A stretch of DNA of 60,261 nucleotides from Fibrobacteria bacterium. GTDB lineage: Bacteria; Fibrobacterota; Fibrobacteria; UBA5070. The translations under genes and the position numbers were made by a program. Where the stretch lies: the NCBI GenBank assembly GCA_035604215.1, contig DATNIW010000104.1:1-60261 (forward strand), written 5' to 3'. The notes under the pieces are model-generated. The model searched no databases, was not told the origin of the DNA, and worked only from the letters and a program-made list of their open reading frames with translations. Shown here piece after piece: positions 8,959 to 17,996 of the stretch. Position 1 is the stretch's first letter, and the number at the start of each line of letters is the position of its first letter.

Positions 8959-11900
8959 TCACGTCCGGCGCGGCGGATAGCGGCGTTCGGGTTCCATCTT
9001 GGGCAGTTCCTGTCGCGAGCCGAAGGACACGTTCTTCTCTCCCAGCACCTCCCGCAGCTCCTTCATCAGGTCGGCGTCGGGCAAGGTCCTGGCCGAACGC
9101 GACTCCAGGACCCAGGCGCCCTGGGCGGTACGGACGTGGAAGAGGACGCGGCAGTGGCCGGGATGGGCGGAGAACGCCCCCTGGATGCGCCCCAGGACGG
9201 AATCCGGGATGGTCCTCGTGTCCACGTGCAGGTGCAGGGTGTCGGCGATCTTCGCGCGCGCCTTGGAGAGGGGGATCACCTTGACCCCTTCCAGGGCCTT
9301 GACCGAGGTCGATTCGTCGGAGGAATCGTCGGAGCGGTCCCGAGCCTCGCGGACGCGGGCCAGCAGCACGATCCGCGAGCCTTCCTGGGCCAGGTCCCGG
9401 ACCTTCTCGCCTTCGTCGGGATCGTCGGCGTTCCAGGCGTTGGGCCAGAAGGCGACCTCCACCACCCCCGAAAAGTCCTCCAGTTCCAGGAACGCGAATT
9501 CGCGACCGTCCTTGTTCAGCCGCGTCCGGCGCGAACGCACCAGGCCGCCCACGCGGACCACCCTGTCGACGGACATCTCGGCCACCTGGTTCAGCGGCGT
9601 ACAGAAACCGTCCAGGTCGTCGCGGAACGGATCCAGGGGGTGGCTGGACAGGTACATCCCCAGGACCTCGCGCTCCTTGTCCAGGACCTCGTCGAAGGGC
9701 CACGGATCCACGTCGGGAAGCTGGGGCGGAGCCGTCACCAGTCCCGCGTCGCCCATGTCGAAGAGGCTCACCTGGTCGCGGTCGCCGGAGCAGCTCGCCC
9801 AGGCCAGGGCCTCGGAGATGCCGTGGAACTGCTGGGCGCGCGTGCCGGGAAGCTCGTCGAACGCCCCCGCCATGGCCAGGGACTCCAGGCTGCGGCGGTT
9901 GATGTTCTGCGGACCCAGCCGTTTGCACAGGTCGAAGAGGTCCTTGTAGGGCCCGTTCGCCCGGCGGTCCGCGACGACGGCCTCGGCCACCGACTTCCCC
10001 ACGTTCTTCACGCCGGCGAGCCCGCAGACCACCCGTCCGTCCTGCACGTCGAACTTGGGCTCCGAACGCTGCACCGACGGCGGTTGCACGGGAATGCCCA
10101 GCCGCTTGCACTCGTGGACCAGCACCACCAGGCGGTCGGTGTTGTCCAGCTCGGAATTGCAGTTGGCGGCCAGGAATTCCGCGGCGTAGTTGGCTTTGAG
10201 CCAGGCGGTCTGGTAGGCGACCACGGCATAGGCGGCGGCGTGGCTCTTGTTGAAGGCGTAGGCGGCGAAGGGGATGAGCAGCTCCCAGAGCTTCACGGCG
10301 AGCTCCTGGGTGTAGCCGCGGGCCAGGGATCCCTGGATCCACTTCCCCTCCTCCTTCTTGAGCTTCTCCAGGTCCTTCTTGGCCATGATCCGCCGCAGCA
10401 GATCCGCTCCGCCCAGGCTGTAGCCCGCCAGGATCTGCGCGATGGCCATCACCTGCTCCTGGTAGACCATCACGCCGTAGGTGGTGCCGAGGGTGGCTTC
10501 CAGGTCCGGGTGGTAGCAGTCCACCGGCTCCCGTCCCTGCTTCCGGCGGATGTAGACCGGGATTTGTTCCATGGGCCCCGGGCGGTAGAGGGCGTTCATG
10601 GCGATCAGGTCTTCCAGGGTCTCGGGCTGGAGCTGGCGCAGGTAGTTCTGCATGCCGCCCGACTCGAACTGGAAGACGCCGATGGTGTCGCCGCGACCCA
10701 GCATCTCGTAGGTCCTGGGGTCGCCGTCCTCCAGCTTCTCCGGGTCGACCACGACTCCGTGGTTTCGCCGGATGGTGCGGCAGGCCTCCTGGATCACCGA
10801 CAGGTTCCGCAGCCCCAGGAAGTCCATCTTCAGGAGCCCGATGCTCTCCGCGTAGTCCTTGGCGAACTGCACCACCACCTGGTCGGGTTGGCCCTCGGGG
10901 CAGTAGAGCGGAGCGAAGTGGTCCACCTCGCGCGGAGCGATGATCACGGCGGCCGCGTGCATGCCGGCGTTGCGCACGTACCCCTCGATCTGCTTCGCGA
11001 TCTCCCAGGCCTGCTGGAACCGGGGGTCCGCTTCCACGGCGTCGCGCAGCGGGGGGCTCAGCTCGATGGCCTCGTCCAGGGTGGGCTCCTTGCCGGCCAC
11101 CGGAGGCGGGAAGAGCTTGGTGAGGCGGTTCACCTCGTTGTGGTCGATGCCCAGGGTGCGCGCGGTGTCCTTGAGGGCGGCCTTCGACTTCAGCCTGCCG
11201 TAAGTGATGATCTGGGCGACGCACTCCCGGCCGTACTTCTCCTTCACGTATTCGATGATCCGTTCCCGGTCCAGGTCCGAGAAGTCCGAATCGATGTCGG
11301 GCATCGAGATGCGCTCGGGATTCAGGAACCGCTCGAACAGCAACGAGTACTTGAGCGGGTCCACGTCGGTGATGCCGGTGCTGTAGGCCACCAGCGACCC
11401 CACCGCGGATCCTCGGCCCGGACCCACGGGAATTCCCATTTCGCGGGCCTTCCGCATGAAGTCGGCCACGATGAGCATGTAGCCCGCCACCTTCATGTCC
11501 TTCATCATCGCGAGCTCGTACTCGAGCCGGTCCAGGGCCTCCCGGGAGGGCTCCGCCCATCTGCGGCGCAGTCCCTCGCGGCTGATGTGGGCCAGGTATC
11601 CGTCGTCGTCGGAGAATCCCGGGGGCAGGGGAAAGCTCGGGTAGAAGTAGGCCCCGGTGGGGATCGCGGCCTTGCACCGTTCGGCGATCTCCAGCGTCGC
11701 GTCGCAGGAGGCGGGGTCGTCGCGGAAGATCTCCCGCATCTCCTGCGGGGTCTTGAAGTGGAATTCGCGGGCGGCGAGCTTGGGGTGGTCGGCGTCGGCG
11801 AGGCGCGTGCCGGTGCGGATGCAGCCCAGCACCTCGAGGGCCTCGTGCTGCTCGCGCTCCAGGCACAGGACGGAATTCGTCGCCACGGTGCGAAGCCCCA

Positions 11901-12534
11901 GGACCGCAGCCATCTCGGACAATTTCCGCCGGACCTCGGCTTCCTCGGGGAGTCCGTGGTCCTGGAGTTCCAGGAAGAACCGGTCCGCTCCCACCAGGTC
12001 GCGGTACCAGGCGCCCACCTCCTGGGCCCTGCGGTCCTTGCCCTCCCGCAGGAGATGGTCGATCTCGCCCTCCGGGCCTCCCGAAAGCAGGACGAGTCCC
12101 CCGTTGTGGGCCGCGAGCAGTTCGCGGTCGATGCGGGGCCGACCGTGGTAGCCTTCGATGTGCGCGCGGGAGACCAGTTTGGACAGATTCCGGTAACCCG
12201 GTTCCGTGTTCTCCACCAGCGCCACCAGCACGAACGGCTTCCGCCCCGGATCGGCGCTGGCGCGATCGCCCTGGGCCATCCAGAGCTCGGCTCCGTGGAC
12301 GGGCTGGATGCGGGCCTCGGCGCAGGCCGTCTGGAACTCGATGGCCCCGAACATGTGCCCGCAGTCGGTGAGGGCCACCGCGGGCATGCCGAACTCCGCC
12401 GCCTTCGCGGAAAGGGATCGGGCCGGGCCGATCCTGGCTTTCGTCTCCTTGTCCACCTTGCGGTTGTCCACCAGGCGGCAGGCTCCCTCGAGCATGGAGT
12501 ACTCGGAGCGTACGTGGAGGTGGACGAAGGACAT
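8959..12534 (-). CDS. dnaE: DNA polymerase III alpha subunit
   Basis: PHP N-terminus (HLHV..EYS), GPGRGSAVGSLVAY, LLFERFLNPERISMPDIDSDF (catalytic Asp), KMDFLGL, FNKSHAAAY, OB-fold C-terminus; 1191 aa. Confidence 0.99.
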   Translation of the reverse strand: MSFVHLHVRSEYSMLEGACRLVDNRKVDKETKARIGPARSLSAKAAEFGMPAVALTDCGHMFGAIEFQTACAEARIQPVHGAELWMAQGDRASADPGRKPFVLVALVENTEPGYRNLSKLVSRAHIEGYHGRPRIDRELLAAHNGGLVLLSGGPEGEIDHLLREGKDRRAQEVGAWYRDLVGADRFFLELQDHGLPEEAEVRRKLSEMAAVLGLRTVATNSVLCLEREQHEALEVLGCIRTGTRLADADHPKLAAREFHFKTPQEMREIFRDDPASCDATLEIAERCKAAIPTGAYFYPSFPLPPGFSDDDGYLAHISREGLRRRWAEPSREALDRLEYELAMMKDMKVAGYMLIVADFMRKAREMGIPVGPGRGSAVGSLVAYSTGITDVDPLKYSLLFERFLNPERISMPDIDSDFSDLDRERIIEYVKEKYGRECVAQIITYGRLKSKAALKDTARTLGIDHNEVNRLTKLFPPPVAGKEPTLDEAIELSPPLRDAVEADPRFQQAWEIAKQIEGYVRNAGMHAAAVIIAPREVDHFAPLYCPEGQPDQVVVQFAKDYAESIGLLKMDFLGLRNLSVIQEACRTIRRNHGVVVDPEKLEDGDPRTYEMLGRGDTIGVFQFESGGMQNYLRQLQPETLEDLIAMNALYRPGPMEQIPVYIRRKQGREPVDCYHPDLEATLGTTYGVMVYQEQVMAIAQILAGYSLGGADLLRRIMAKKDLEKLKKEEGKWIQGSLARGYTQELAVKLWELLIPFAAYAFNKSHAAAYAVVAYQTAWLKANYAAEFLAANCNSELDNTDRLVVLVHECKRLGIPVQPPSVQRSEPKFDVQDGRVVCGLAGVKNVGKSVAEAVVADRRANGPYKDLFDLCKRLGPQNINRRSLESLAMAGAFDELPGTRAQQFHGISEALAWASCSGDRDQVSLFDMGDAGLVTAPPQLPDVDPWPFDEVLDKEREVLGMYLSSHPLDPFRDDLDGFCTPLNQVAEMSVDRVVRVGGLVRSRRTRLNKDGREFAFLELEDFSGVVEVAFWPNAWNADDPDEGEKVRDLAQEGSRIVLLARVREARDRSDDSSDESTSVKALEGVKVIPLSKARAKIADTLHLHVDTRTIPDSVLGRIQGAFSAHPGHCRVLFHVRTAQGAWVLESRSARTLPDADLMKELREVLGEKNVSFGSRQELPKMEPERRYPPRRT

Positions 12535-12642
12535 GGGAGGGTTGGAAACCTAGATCCCGGACCCCCTGCCGGGCCAGACTTGAAAGGGCTGCCCCGAGGG
12601 TCTAATCGACCCACTCGTTCGCATCGCCCATCCCTCTTTCGC

Positions 12643-12760
12643 CAACCTCACCCCTCCCTCGCCTGAGGCGAGGGTCTCCCCTCTCCAACAAGTGGAGAGG
12701 GGAGAAACGCAACGAGCCCCATCTCCACTTGTTGGAGAGGGGGAATGGGGGTGAGGTGGG
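12643..12760. repeat. REP-like palindrome doublet (two inverted units)
   Basis: CCCCTCTCCA-ACAAG-TGGAGAGGGG at 12678-12702, reverse-orientation copy (1 mismatch) at ~12717-12743; extra hairpin CCCTCGCC-TGA-GGCGAGGG at 12656-12674. Confidence 0.85.
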
Positions 12761-12803
12761 TCCGGCGAATGGCGAGGAGCGAAAGTCCGTTCCTCGAGCT
12801 TGG

Positions 12804-13544
12804 CTATTCCGCGGAGGCGTGGGCGGAGATCTGGGAAATGGAACTTTCCTCGGCGTTGCCGGGTTCCGGTGGCACCGACATCGGTTCGTCGCTCTCGTTG
12901 CCGTCTTCCAGGCCGATCCTGCGGCGGGGTCGGAAGTCGCGGGGGTCCAGGCAAGCGTCGTACATCTCCCGATCCACCTGGATCCAGTCGGTGCGGTCGA
13001 TCCCCCGGAAGGTCCGGCTCGCGGTGGAATAGGGGTAGGCCGAGGCGATCTTGATCCATCTTTCCTGCTCGCGAGCCACCGCACGGATCTCGTCGGCCAC
13101 TTCGGCGAAGTCCTGGTCCTGCGAGAAGACCATGGCCACGTCGAAGGACTTGGCGTGGGCCCTCTGGACGATGTCCAGGGCGATGCGCATGTCCACGCCC
13201 TTCTCGATGCTCACCGGCATCATCAAGGTGTGCCCGTCGGGTTGCCGGACGGGGCGCTTGCGGGTGCGCCAGGTGCGCCACCACGTCATTGCCCCCTGGT
13301 GCTCCAGCGCGCGCAGCTTGTTCATCCAGAAGCGGTGCCAGTATTCGTTTTCCTCGATCGAAGGCACGGAGGTGTACACGCGCACCTGCTGCAGCGCCCA
13401 ACCCATCTGGGCCGAAACCTTCTGGGCGAGGAGGACGGGATCGTAGTCCGGGTAGTAGGATCCGAACGCCTGGCGGGCGGCGTGGAACAGACTCTGGGCG
13501 TCTACGAAGGCGATGCAGGTCTTTGTCTCGGGTTCTTGATACAT
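12804..13544 (-). CDS. NYN domain (LabA/DUF88, PIN-like) putative nuclease
   Basis: AFVDAQSL, EKGVDMRIALD, SQDQDF: acidic active-site motifs of NYN family are retained. Confidence 0.85.
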   Translation of the reverse strand: MYQEPETKTCIAFVDAQSLFHAARQAFGSYYPDYDPVLLAQKVSAQMGWALQQVRVYTSVPSIEENEYWHRFWMNKLRALEHQGAMTWWRTWRTRKRPVRQPDGHTLMMPVSIEKGVDMRIALDIVQRAHAKSFDVAMVFSQDQDFAEVADEIRAVAREQERWIKIASAYPYSTASRTFRGIDRTDWIQVDREMYDACLDPRDFRPRRRIGLEDGNESDEPMSVPPEPGNAEESSISQISAHASAE

Positions 13545-13629
13545 GGAGTAGAACCTGTTTCGGGCTGGAAGGGCGCTAGCTGGTCAACTTACAGCCGGAT
13601 GGCGCTTTGCGCAATCCGTTGCGCCCCCC

Positions 13630-15912
13630 TCAGCGCGCGGGCCGGGCCGGAATGGTGTTGGGAGGTGTCGCCAAGTCCGGTGGTCGAACCGTCCAAGCGG
13701 GGGCCGTCGTCGGGGCAGACGCGACGGAATCCCTCGGAAGCTGGGCCGGAAGCTGGATCGGATACTGGACCGGCACCCGTGCATCCGGGGGCTGGATCGG
13801 GGAGGTCCGGATGGATTGAGTCGTGTCGGAAACCATTTGACTCGTGCGGGTTTCCGGACGCATCAGGATCACTCTCGATCTGGACTCGATCCGAGAATTG
13901 GAGGAGTCGATTTCGTCGGTTTTCGTTCTGGCGGGCTGTGGGACGCCTTCCGGCACCGGCGCCAGCGGGTCGTCCTTGTGGAAGGGCAGATCCACCGTCG
14001 GGCCGTCGATCCGGTTCTCCATGATCTGCATGGCCTTGCGCACGTCCGTTCCGGTGTCGGCATCGCCCATCACGTGGGGCGTGATGTAGATGGCAAGTTC
14101 CGTCGTCTGCTTGTTGCGGGTGCGGTAGGAGAAGAGCTTCCCGATCAGGGGAATGGCCGAGAGTATGGGGAGTCCCTGGTCGGAGACCAGGTCCACCGTC
14201 TGGATGAGGCCGCCCAGCACCAGGGTCTGGCCGTCGCGGAGCCGGACGTTGGTGGAAAGGCTCCGGGTGGACGTCGAGGGCGGCTTGTTCGGGTCGCCGC
14301 TGGCGGTGGAGGAAGGCGTGCGCACCTCGGGCTTGATCTCGGCCGTGATGTATCCGGATTTTGTCAGGTACGGCGTGATGGTCAGCGTGATTCCCGAATT
14401 GAAGGCCCGGTAATCCGTCGAAACCACTCCGAGGGAGCTGGTCGAGCTCACCTGGAAGTAGTCGGAGTTCCCGATGTTGATGGTGGCCGGCTGCCCGTTG
14501 AGGGTCGTGAGCCGTGGCCGCGCCAGCACGCGCGCGAGGTCGGCGCTTTCCAGCGCGTTCAGCTGCAGCCCGAAGTCCTGGGGAAGAACTGTCACCGTGG
14601 CCAGGTCGAACGGTCCCAGCCTGGCCAGGCGCGAAGCCGATCCCGGAACCACCGTGTTGGCCACGATCGCCGGGCCGCCGATGGCCGTTCCCGGCGTGGA
14701 AGCGCCCGAATAGGTGCGGATGCCGTACTCGCTGTTCTTGTTGCGGGTGTACTCCACGATGATGGCCTCCACCACCACCTGCGGAACTTCCTGGTCCAGC
14801 GTCCGGAGGAAGGCCTTCACCTTGTCGTTGGCTTCGCTGGTCCCGGTGAGCACCAGGGCGTTGAGTTCGGGCACCGCCTGCACCGTGGACTGGTTCTTGG
14901 GCAGCAGAGGCAGGACCTTGTCGGCCCGGAGATGCCGCAGGTAGTAGATCTCGGTGTTGGCCAGCGCCTCACCCGACGCGGAGGCCGGATTGCGGTCCCC
15001 GATCACCAGGACGGAATCCTGGATGGCGAAGGTGAACGGCGTTCCCTGCAGGACCAGTTCCAGCGCCTGGCGCAGCGGAACGTCCTTCAGGTTCGCGTCC
15101 ACCGTCCCGCCCAACTGCCCCCAGGTGATGGTGTTGTAGCCTCCCTGGTCGGAAAGCTGCTGGATCACGTCGGCCAGCGACGCCTGCCGGAGATTGGCCG
15201 TCACCAGGCCCTTGCGCACCGAGAGGTCCACGCGTCCGGACCGCGGTTGGAACCCCATCGGTCCCTGCGGCTGCTGGTTGTCGGTGGAAGACACGATCCA
15301 CGCCTCCCCTTCCGTGCGCAGATCGAAGCCCGAGGCAAGGAGGATCGCCTTGAGGCCGTCGATGGGATCCACGTCGCGCAGGGTTCCGGAGACCTGCCCC
15401 TTGGCGTTGTGGTCCACCAGGATGTTCAGGCCGGTGCGGCGACCGTATTCGTCCGCGAACTGGTGGATGTCCTGGTTCTTCACCGTCATCGTGATGGCGT
15501 TGCGGCCCATTTCGATCGTGCCCTGGATCCGCTGCTGGGGTGGACGGACCTGGTAGGCTTCTCCATCCCAGGCCAATTCGTAGCCGAGCGGTTCCACGAT
15601 GTTCCGAAGCGCGTCCAGAACCGGCATCCGGTTCAGGGACACCGTGACCTTTCCCTTCACCTCGGGGTAGGGGAAGATGTTGAGGTCGTAGGCCTTGGCG
15701 ATGGCGCGGAGGACGTCGCGGATGTCCTGGTCGACGAACTCCGTGGGCTCCATCTCCTGGCCGCCGTGCACCGAAGTGTCGGCCTCGCCGACATGCATCG
15801 CGTTGGAAGGCCGTCCGCCGCCGTACGGGGCCGCCGTCGGTGCAAGGCCCGCTCCATTCGAAATTCCCGCGAGGAAGCCGATCGGGGCGAGGAAGAAAAA
15901 CGCGCGACGCAT
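13630..15912 (-). CDS. Secretin (GspD/PilQ-like) with STN/N domains and Pro-rich C-terminal tail
   Basis: Signal peptide, FVDQDIRDVLRAIA (STN), PQVVVEAIIVE, LARPRLTTLNGQPATINIG, GQTLVLGGLI, GLPILSAIPLIGKLF, ELAIYITP. Confidence 0.9.
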   Translation of the reverse strand: MRRAFFFLAPIGFLAGISNGAGLAPTAAPYGGGRPSNAMHVGEADTSVHGGQEMEPTEFVDQDIRDVLRAIAKAYDLNIFPYPEVKGKVTVSLNRMPVLDALRNIVEPLGYELAWDGEAYQVRPPQQRIQGTIEMGRNAITMTVKNQDIHQFADEYGRRTGLNILVDHNAKGQVSGTLRDVDPIDGLKAILLASGFDLRTEGEAWIVSSTDNQQPQGPMGFQPRSGRVDLSVRKGLVTANLRQASLADVIQQLSDQGGYNTITWGQLGGTVDANLKDVPLRQALELVLQGTPFTFAIQDSVLVIGDRNPASASGEALANTEIYYLRHLRADKVLPLLPKNQSTVQAVPELNALVLTGTSEANDKVKAFLRTLDQEVPQVVVEAIIVEYTRNKNSEYGIRTYSGASTPGTAIGGPAIVANTVVPGSASRLARLGPFDLATVTVLPQDFGLQLNALESADLARVLARPRLTTLNGQPATINIGNSDYFQVSSTSSLGVVSTDYRAFNSGITLTITPYLTKSGYITAEIKPEVRTPSSTASGDPNKPPSTSTRSLSTNVRLRDGQTLVLGGLIQTVDLVSDQGLPILSAIPLIGKLFSYRTRNKQTTELAIYITPHVMGDADTGTDVRKAMQIMENRIDGPTVDLPFHKDDPLAPVPEGVPQPARTKTDEIDSSNSRIESRSRVILMRPETRTSQMVSDTTQSIRTSPIQPPDARVPVQYPIQLPAQLPRDSVASAPTTAPAWTVRPPDLATPPNTIPARPAR

Positions 15913-15974
15913 GGTCGCAGCAATGTAGTAGGGCGAAATGGAGATGGCCCGAATGGGGGAATCGCCTCATCATC

Positions 15975-16022
15975 CCCACCTCACCCCCATTCCCCCTCTC
16001 CAACAAGTGGAGAGGGGGCTCG
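15975..16022. repeat. Third REP-like unit (48-bp reverse complement of 12713-12760)
   Basis: CCCACCTCACCCCCATTCCCCCTCTCCAACAAGTGGAGAGGGGGCTCG matches the reverse complement of 12713-12760 with 1 mismatch. Confidence 0.85.
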
Positions 16023-16042
16023 CTTCGGTTCTGCCGGCTCCA

Positions 16043-16073
16043 TTGCAATCCACCATCGCAGGTTCTACATTTG
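16043..16073 (+). promoter_or_regulatory. Sigma70-type promoter of rpsA
   Basis: TTGCAA (16043-48), 17-bp spacer, TACATT(TG) (16066-73). Confidence 0.7.
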
Positions 16074-16178
16074 CTCCCCTTCGCACCCTCACCGCCCAAT
16101 TCCGGGCAACCGAGGATCCATCGGGCTTCGCTTTTCGGGCGGGGACCGAATGTGCGGGACACAACGAAGGAACACGCA

Positions 16179-17903
16179 ATGGCCCAGTTGCTCTACGGGA
16201 CCGAAGAAGATCTGCTCGAGATCGAAGGCAAGATCTCGCACCTGACCGAGGAGGAGAACGAAGCCCTCCTGACCGCCTACTCCGCCACCCTGGAAGGCGT
16301 CGAGGAAGGCAAGATCGTCGCGGGGACCATCCTCCTGTTCGACGACACCAACGTGATCGTGGACATCTCCTTCAAGTCCGAAGGCGTCATCCCCCGCCAC
16401 GAATTCAAGAATCCCGAAGAGCTGGTCGTGGGCGCCCATGTGGACGTCTACATCGAGCAGATCGAGGGCGACGACGGCGCCATCGTGCTGTCCAAGCAGC
16501 GCGCCGACTTCATGAAGGTCTGGGAACGCATCCGCGACGCCTTCGAGACCGGCGAAGTGGTGGACGGAACCCTGTTGCGCCGCATCAAGGGCGGCATCGT
16601 CGTGGACCTGTTCGGCATCGAAGCCTTCCTTCCCGGATCGCAGATCGACCTTCGGCAGATCCCCGACATGGACGCCCTCATCGGCCAGGCCATGGGCTTC
16701 CGCGTCATCAAGGTGCACAAGAGCCGCCGCAACATCGTGGTGTCCCGCCGCATCGTGCTGGAAGAGGAGCGCTCCCGCCTGCGCGACCAGATCATCGACA
16801 CCCTGGAGCGCGGACAGGTCCGCGAGGGCGTGGTCAAGAACATCACCGACTTCGGCGCGTTCATCGACCTGGGCGGCGTGGACGGCCTGCTGCACATCAC
16901 CGACATGACCTGGGGACGCATCGCGCATCCCTCGGAACTGGTCCACATCGGGCAGAAGCTCACGGTCAAGGTCCTGGACTTCAACGACCGCAAGGAGCGC
17001 ATCTCCCTGGGCCTCAAGCAGTTGCAGGAACACCCCTGGAAGACCGTCGCCACCAAGTATCCGGAAGGGACCAAGGTCAAGGGCCGCGTGGTCTCCATCA
17101 CCGACTACGGCGCCTTCATGGAGCTGGAGCAGGGCGTGGAAGGTCTCATCCACATCTCCGAGATGAGCTGGACCCAGCACGTCAAGCATCCCTCGCAGGT
17201 CGTGAAGGTGGGAGACACCGTGGACGCCGTGGTCCTGCGCATCGACACCGAGAACGAGAAGATCAGCCTGGGCATCAAGCAGATCGAGCCGGATCCGTGG
17301 AGCACCATCGAAGCCGACCTCCCCCTCAACACCGTGATCACCGGCTCGGTGCGCAACCTGGCTCCGTTCGGGGCCTTCGTGGAGATCAAGGAAGGCATCG
17401 ACGGCCTCATCCACGTTTCGGACATGAGCTGGACCAAGAAGGTCAACCACCCGTCCGAGGTCCTGGCCAAGGGCGACACCGTCACCTGCATGGTGCTGTC
17501 GGTGGATAAGGAGAAGCGCCGCATCAGCCTTTCGCTGAAGGCCATGGGCGAGGATCCCTGGAAGGTGGTCCCCAACAAGTATCCCCTGGGGCAGCAGTTG
17601 GAAGCGCCCATCGTGCGGCTCCTGGACCGCGGCGTGGTGCTGGAGCTGGAAGAGGGCATCGAAGGATTCGTGCCCTTGTCCAAGCTCACCGAGGAGCCCA
17701 TCCGGGTGCCCTCCGAAGCCTTCCGCGTGGGCCAGACCCTCAAGGTCACCGTGGTCGAGCACGACGTGGACAGCCGCAAGCTGACCCTGTCGGCCATCGA
17801 CACCGCCGGCGACTGGCGCGCCTACGTCTCGGGCAGCCGTCCGGACGAAAACCGCACCACGCTGGGCGACATCTTCCGCGCGGCGCAGGACTCGCAGCAG
17901 TAA
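16179..17903 (+). CDS. rpsA: 30S ribosomal protein S1
   Basis: Six S1 repeats (KSEGVIP, AFLPGSQID, ITDFGAFIDLGGVDGLLHITDM, GLIHISEMSW, GLIHVSDMSW); AAGGA RBS upstream; 574 aa. Confidence 0.98.
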   Translation: MAQLLYGTEEDLLEIEGKISHLTEEENEALLTAYSATLEGVEEGKIVAGTILLFDDTNVIVDISFKSEGVIPRHEFKNPEELVVGAHVDVYIEQIEGDDGAIVLSKQRADFMKVWERIRDAFETGEVVDGTLLRRIKGGIVVDLFGIEAFLPGSQIDLRQIPDMDALIGQAMGFRVIKVHKSRRNIVVSRRIVLEEERSRLRDQIIDTLERGQVREGVVKNITDFGAFIDLGGVDGLLHITDMTWGRIAHPSELVHIGQKLTVKVLDFNDRKERISLGLKQLQEHPWKTVATKYPEGTKVKGRVVSITDYGAFMELEQGVEGLIHISEMSWTQHVKHPSQVVKVGDTVDAVVLRIDTENEKISLGIKQIEPDPWSTIEADLPLNTVITGSVRNLAPFGAFVEIKEGIDGLIHVSDMSWTKKVNHPSEVLAKGDTVTCMVLSVDKEKRRISLSLKAMGEDPWKVVPNKYPLGQQLEAPIVRLLDRGVVLELEEGIEGFVPLSKLTEEPIRVPSEAFRVGQTLKVTVVEHDVDSRKLTLSAIDTAGDWRAYVSGSRPDENRTTLGDIFRAAQDSQQ

Positions 17904-17927
17904 TTCCTTCCCCGCTGGAACAGGATC

Positions 17928-17971
17928 GGAAGCCCTCCTTGGCCATCGCGCCGGGGAGGGCTTTTCGTTTT
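17928..17971 (+). terminator. Rho-independent terminator of rpsA
   Basis: AAGCCCTCC...GGAGGGCTT stem followed by TTCGTTTT. Confidence 0.8.
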
Positions 17972-17996
17972 CTGCGACCGGTTAACTTTCCCGTCC

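Noticed and set aside
8680-12666. 1328-aa ORF antisense to dnaE, and similar long antisense ORFs (38857-44019, 13816-16245, 35579-38782, 43922-46744)
   Set aside because: Shadow ORFs expected from high-GC codon bias; no family motifs; they mirror well-supported genes.
12643-12760. Possible mini-CRISPR array
   Set aside because: Copies are inverted rather than direct, there are no regular unique spacers, and there are no cas genes.
12713-16022. Composite transposon bounded by 48-bp inverted repeats
   Set aside because: No transposase or recombinase inside or nearby, no target-site duplication visible, and a third copy fits a dispersed REP family better.
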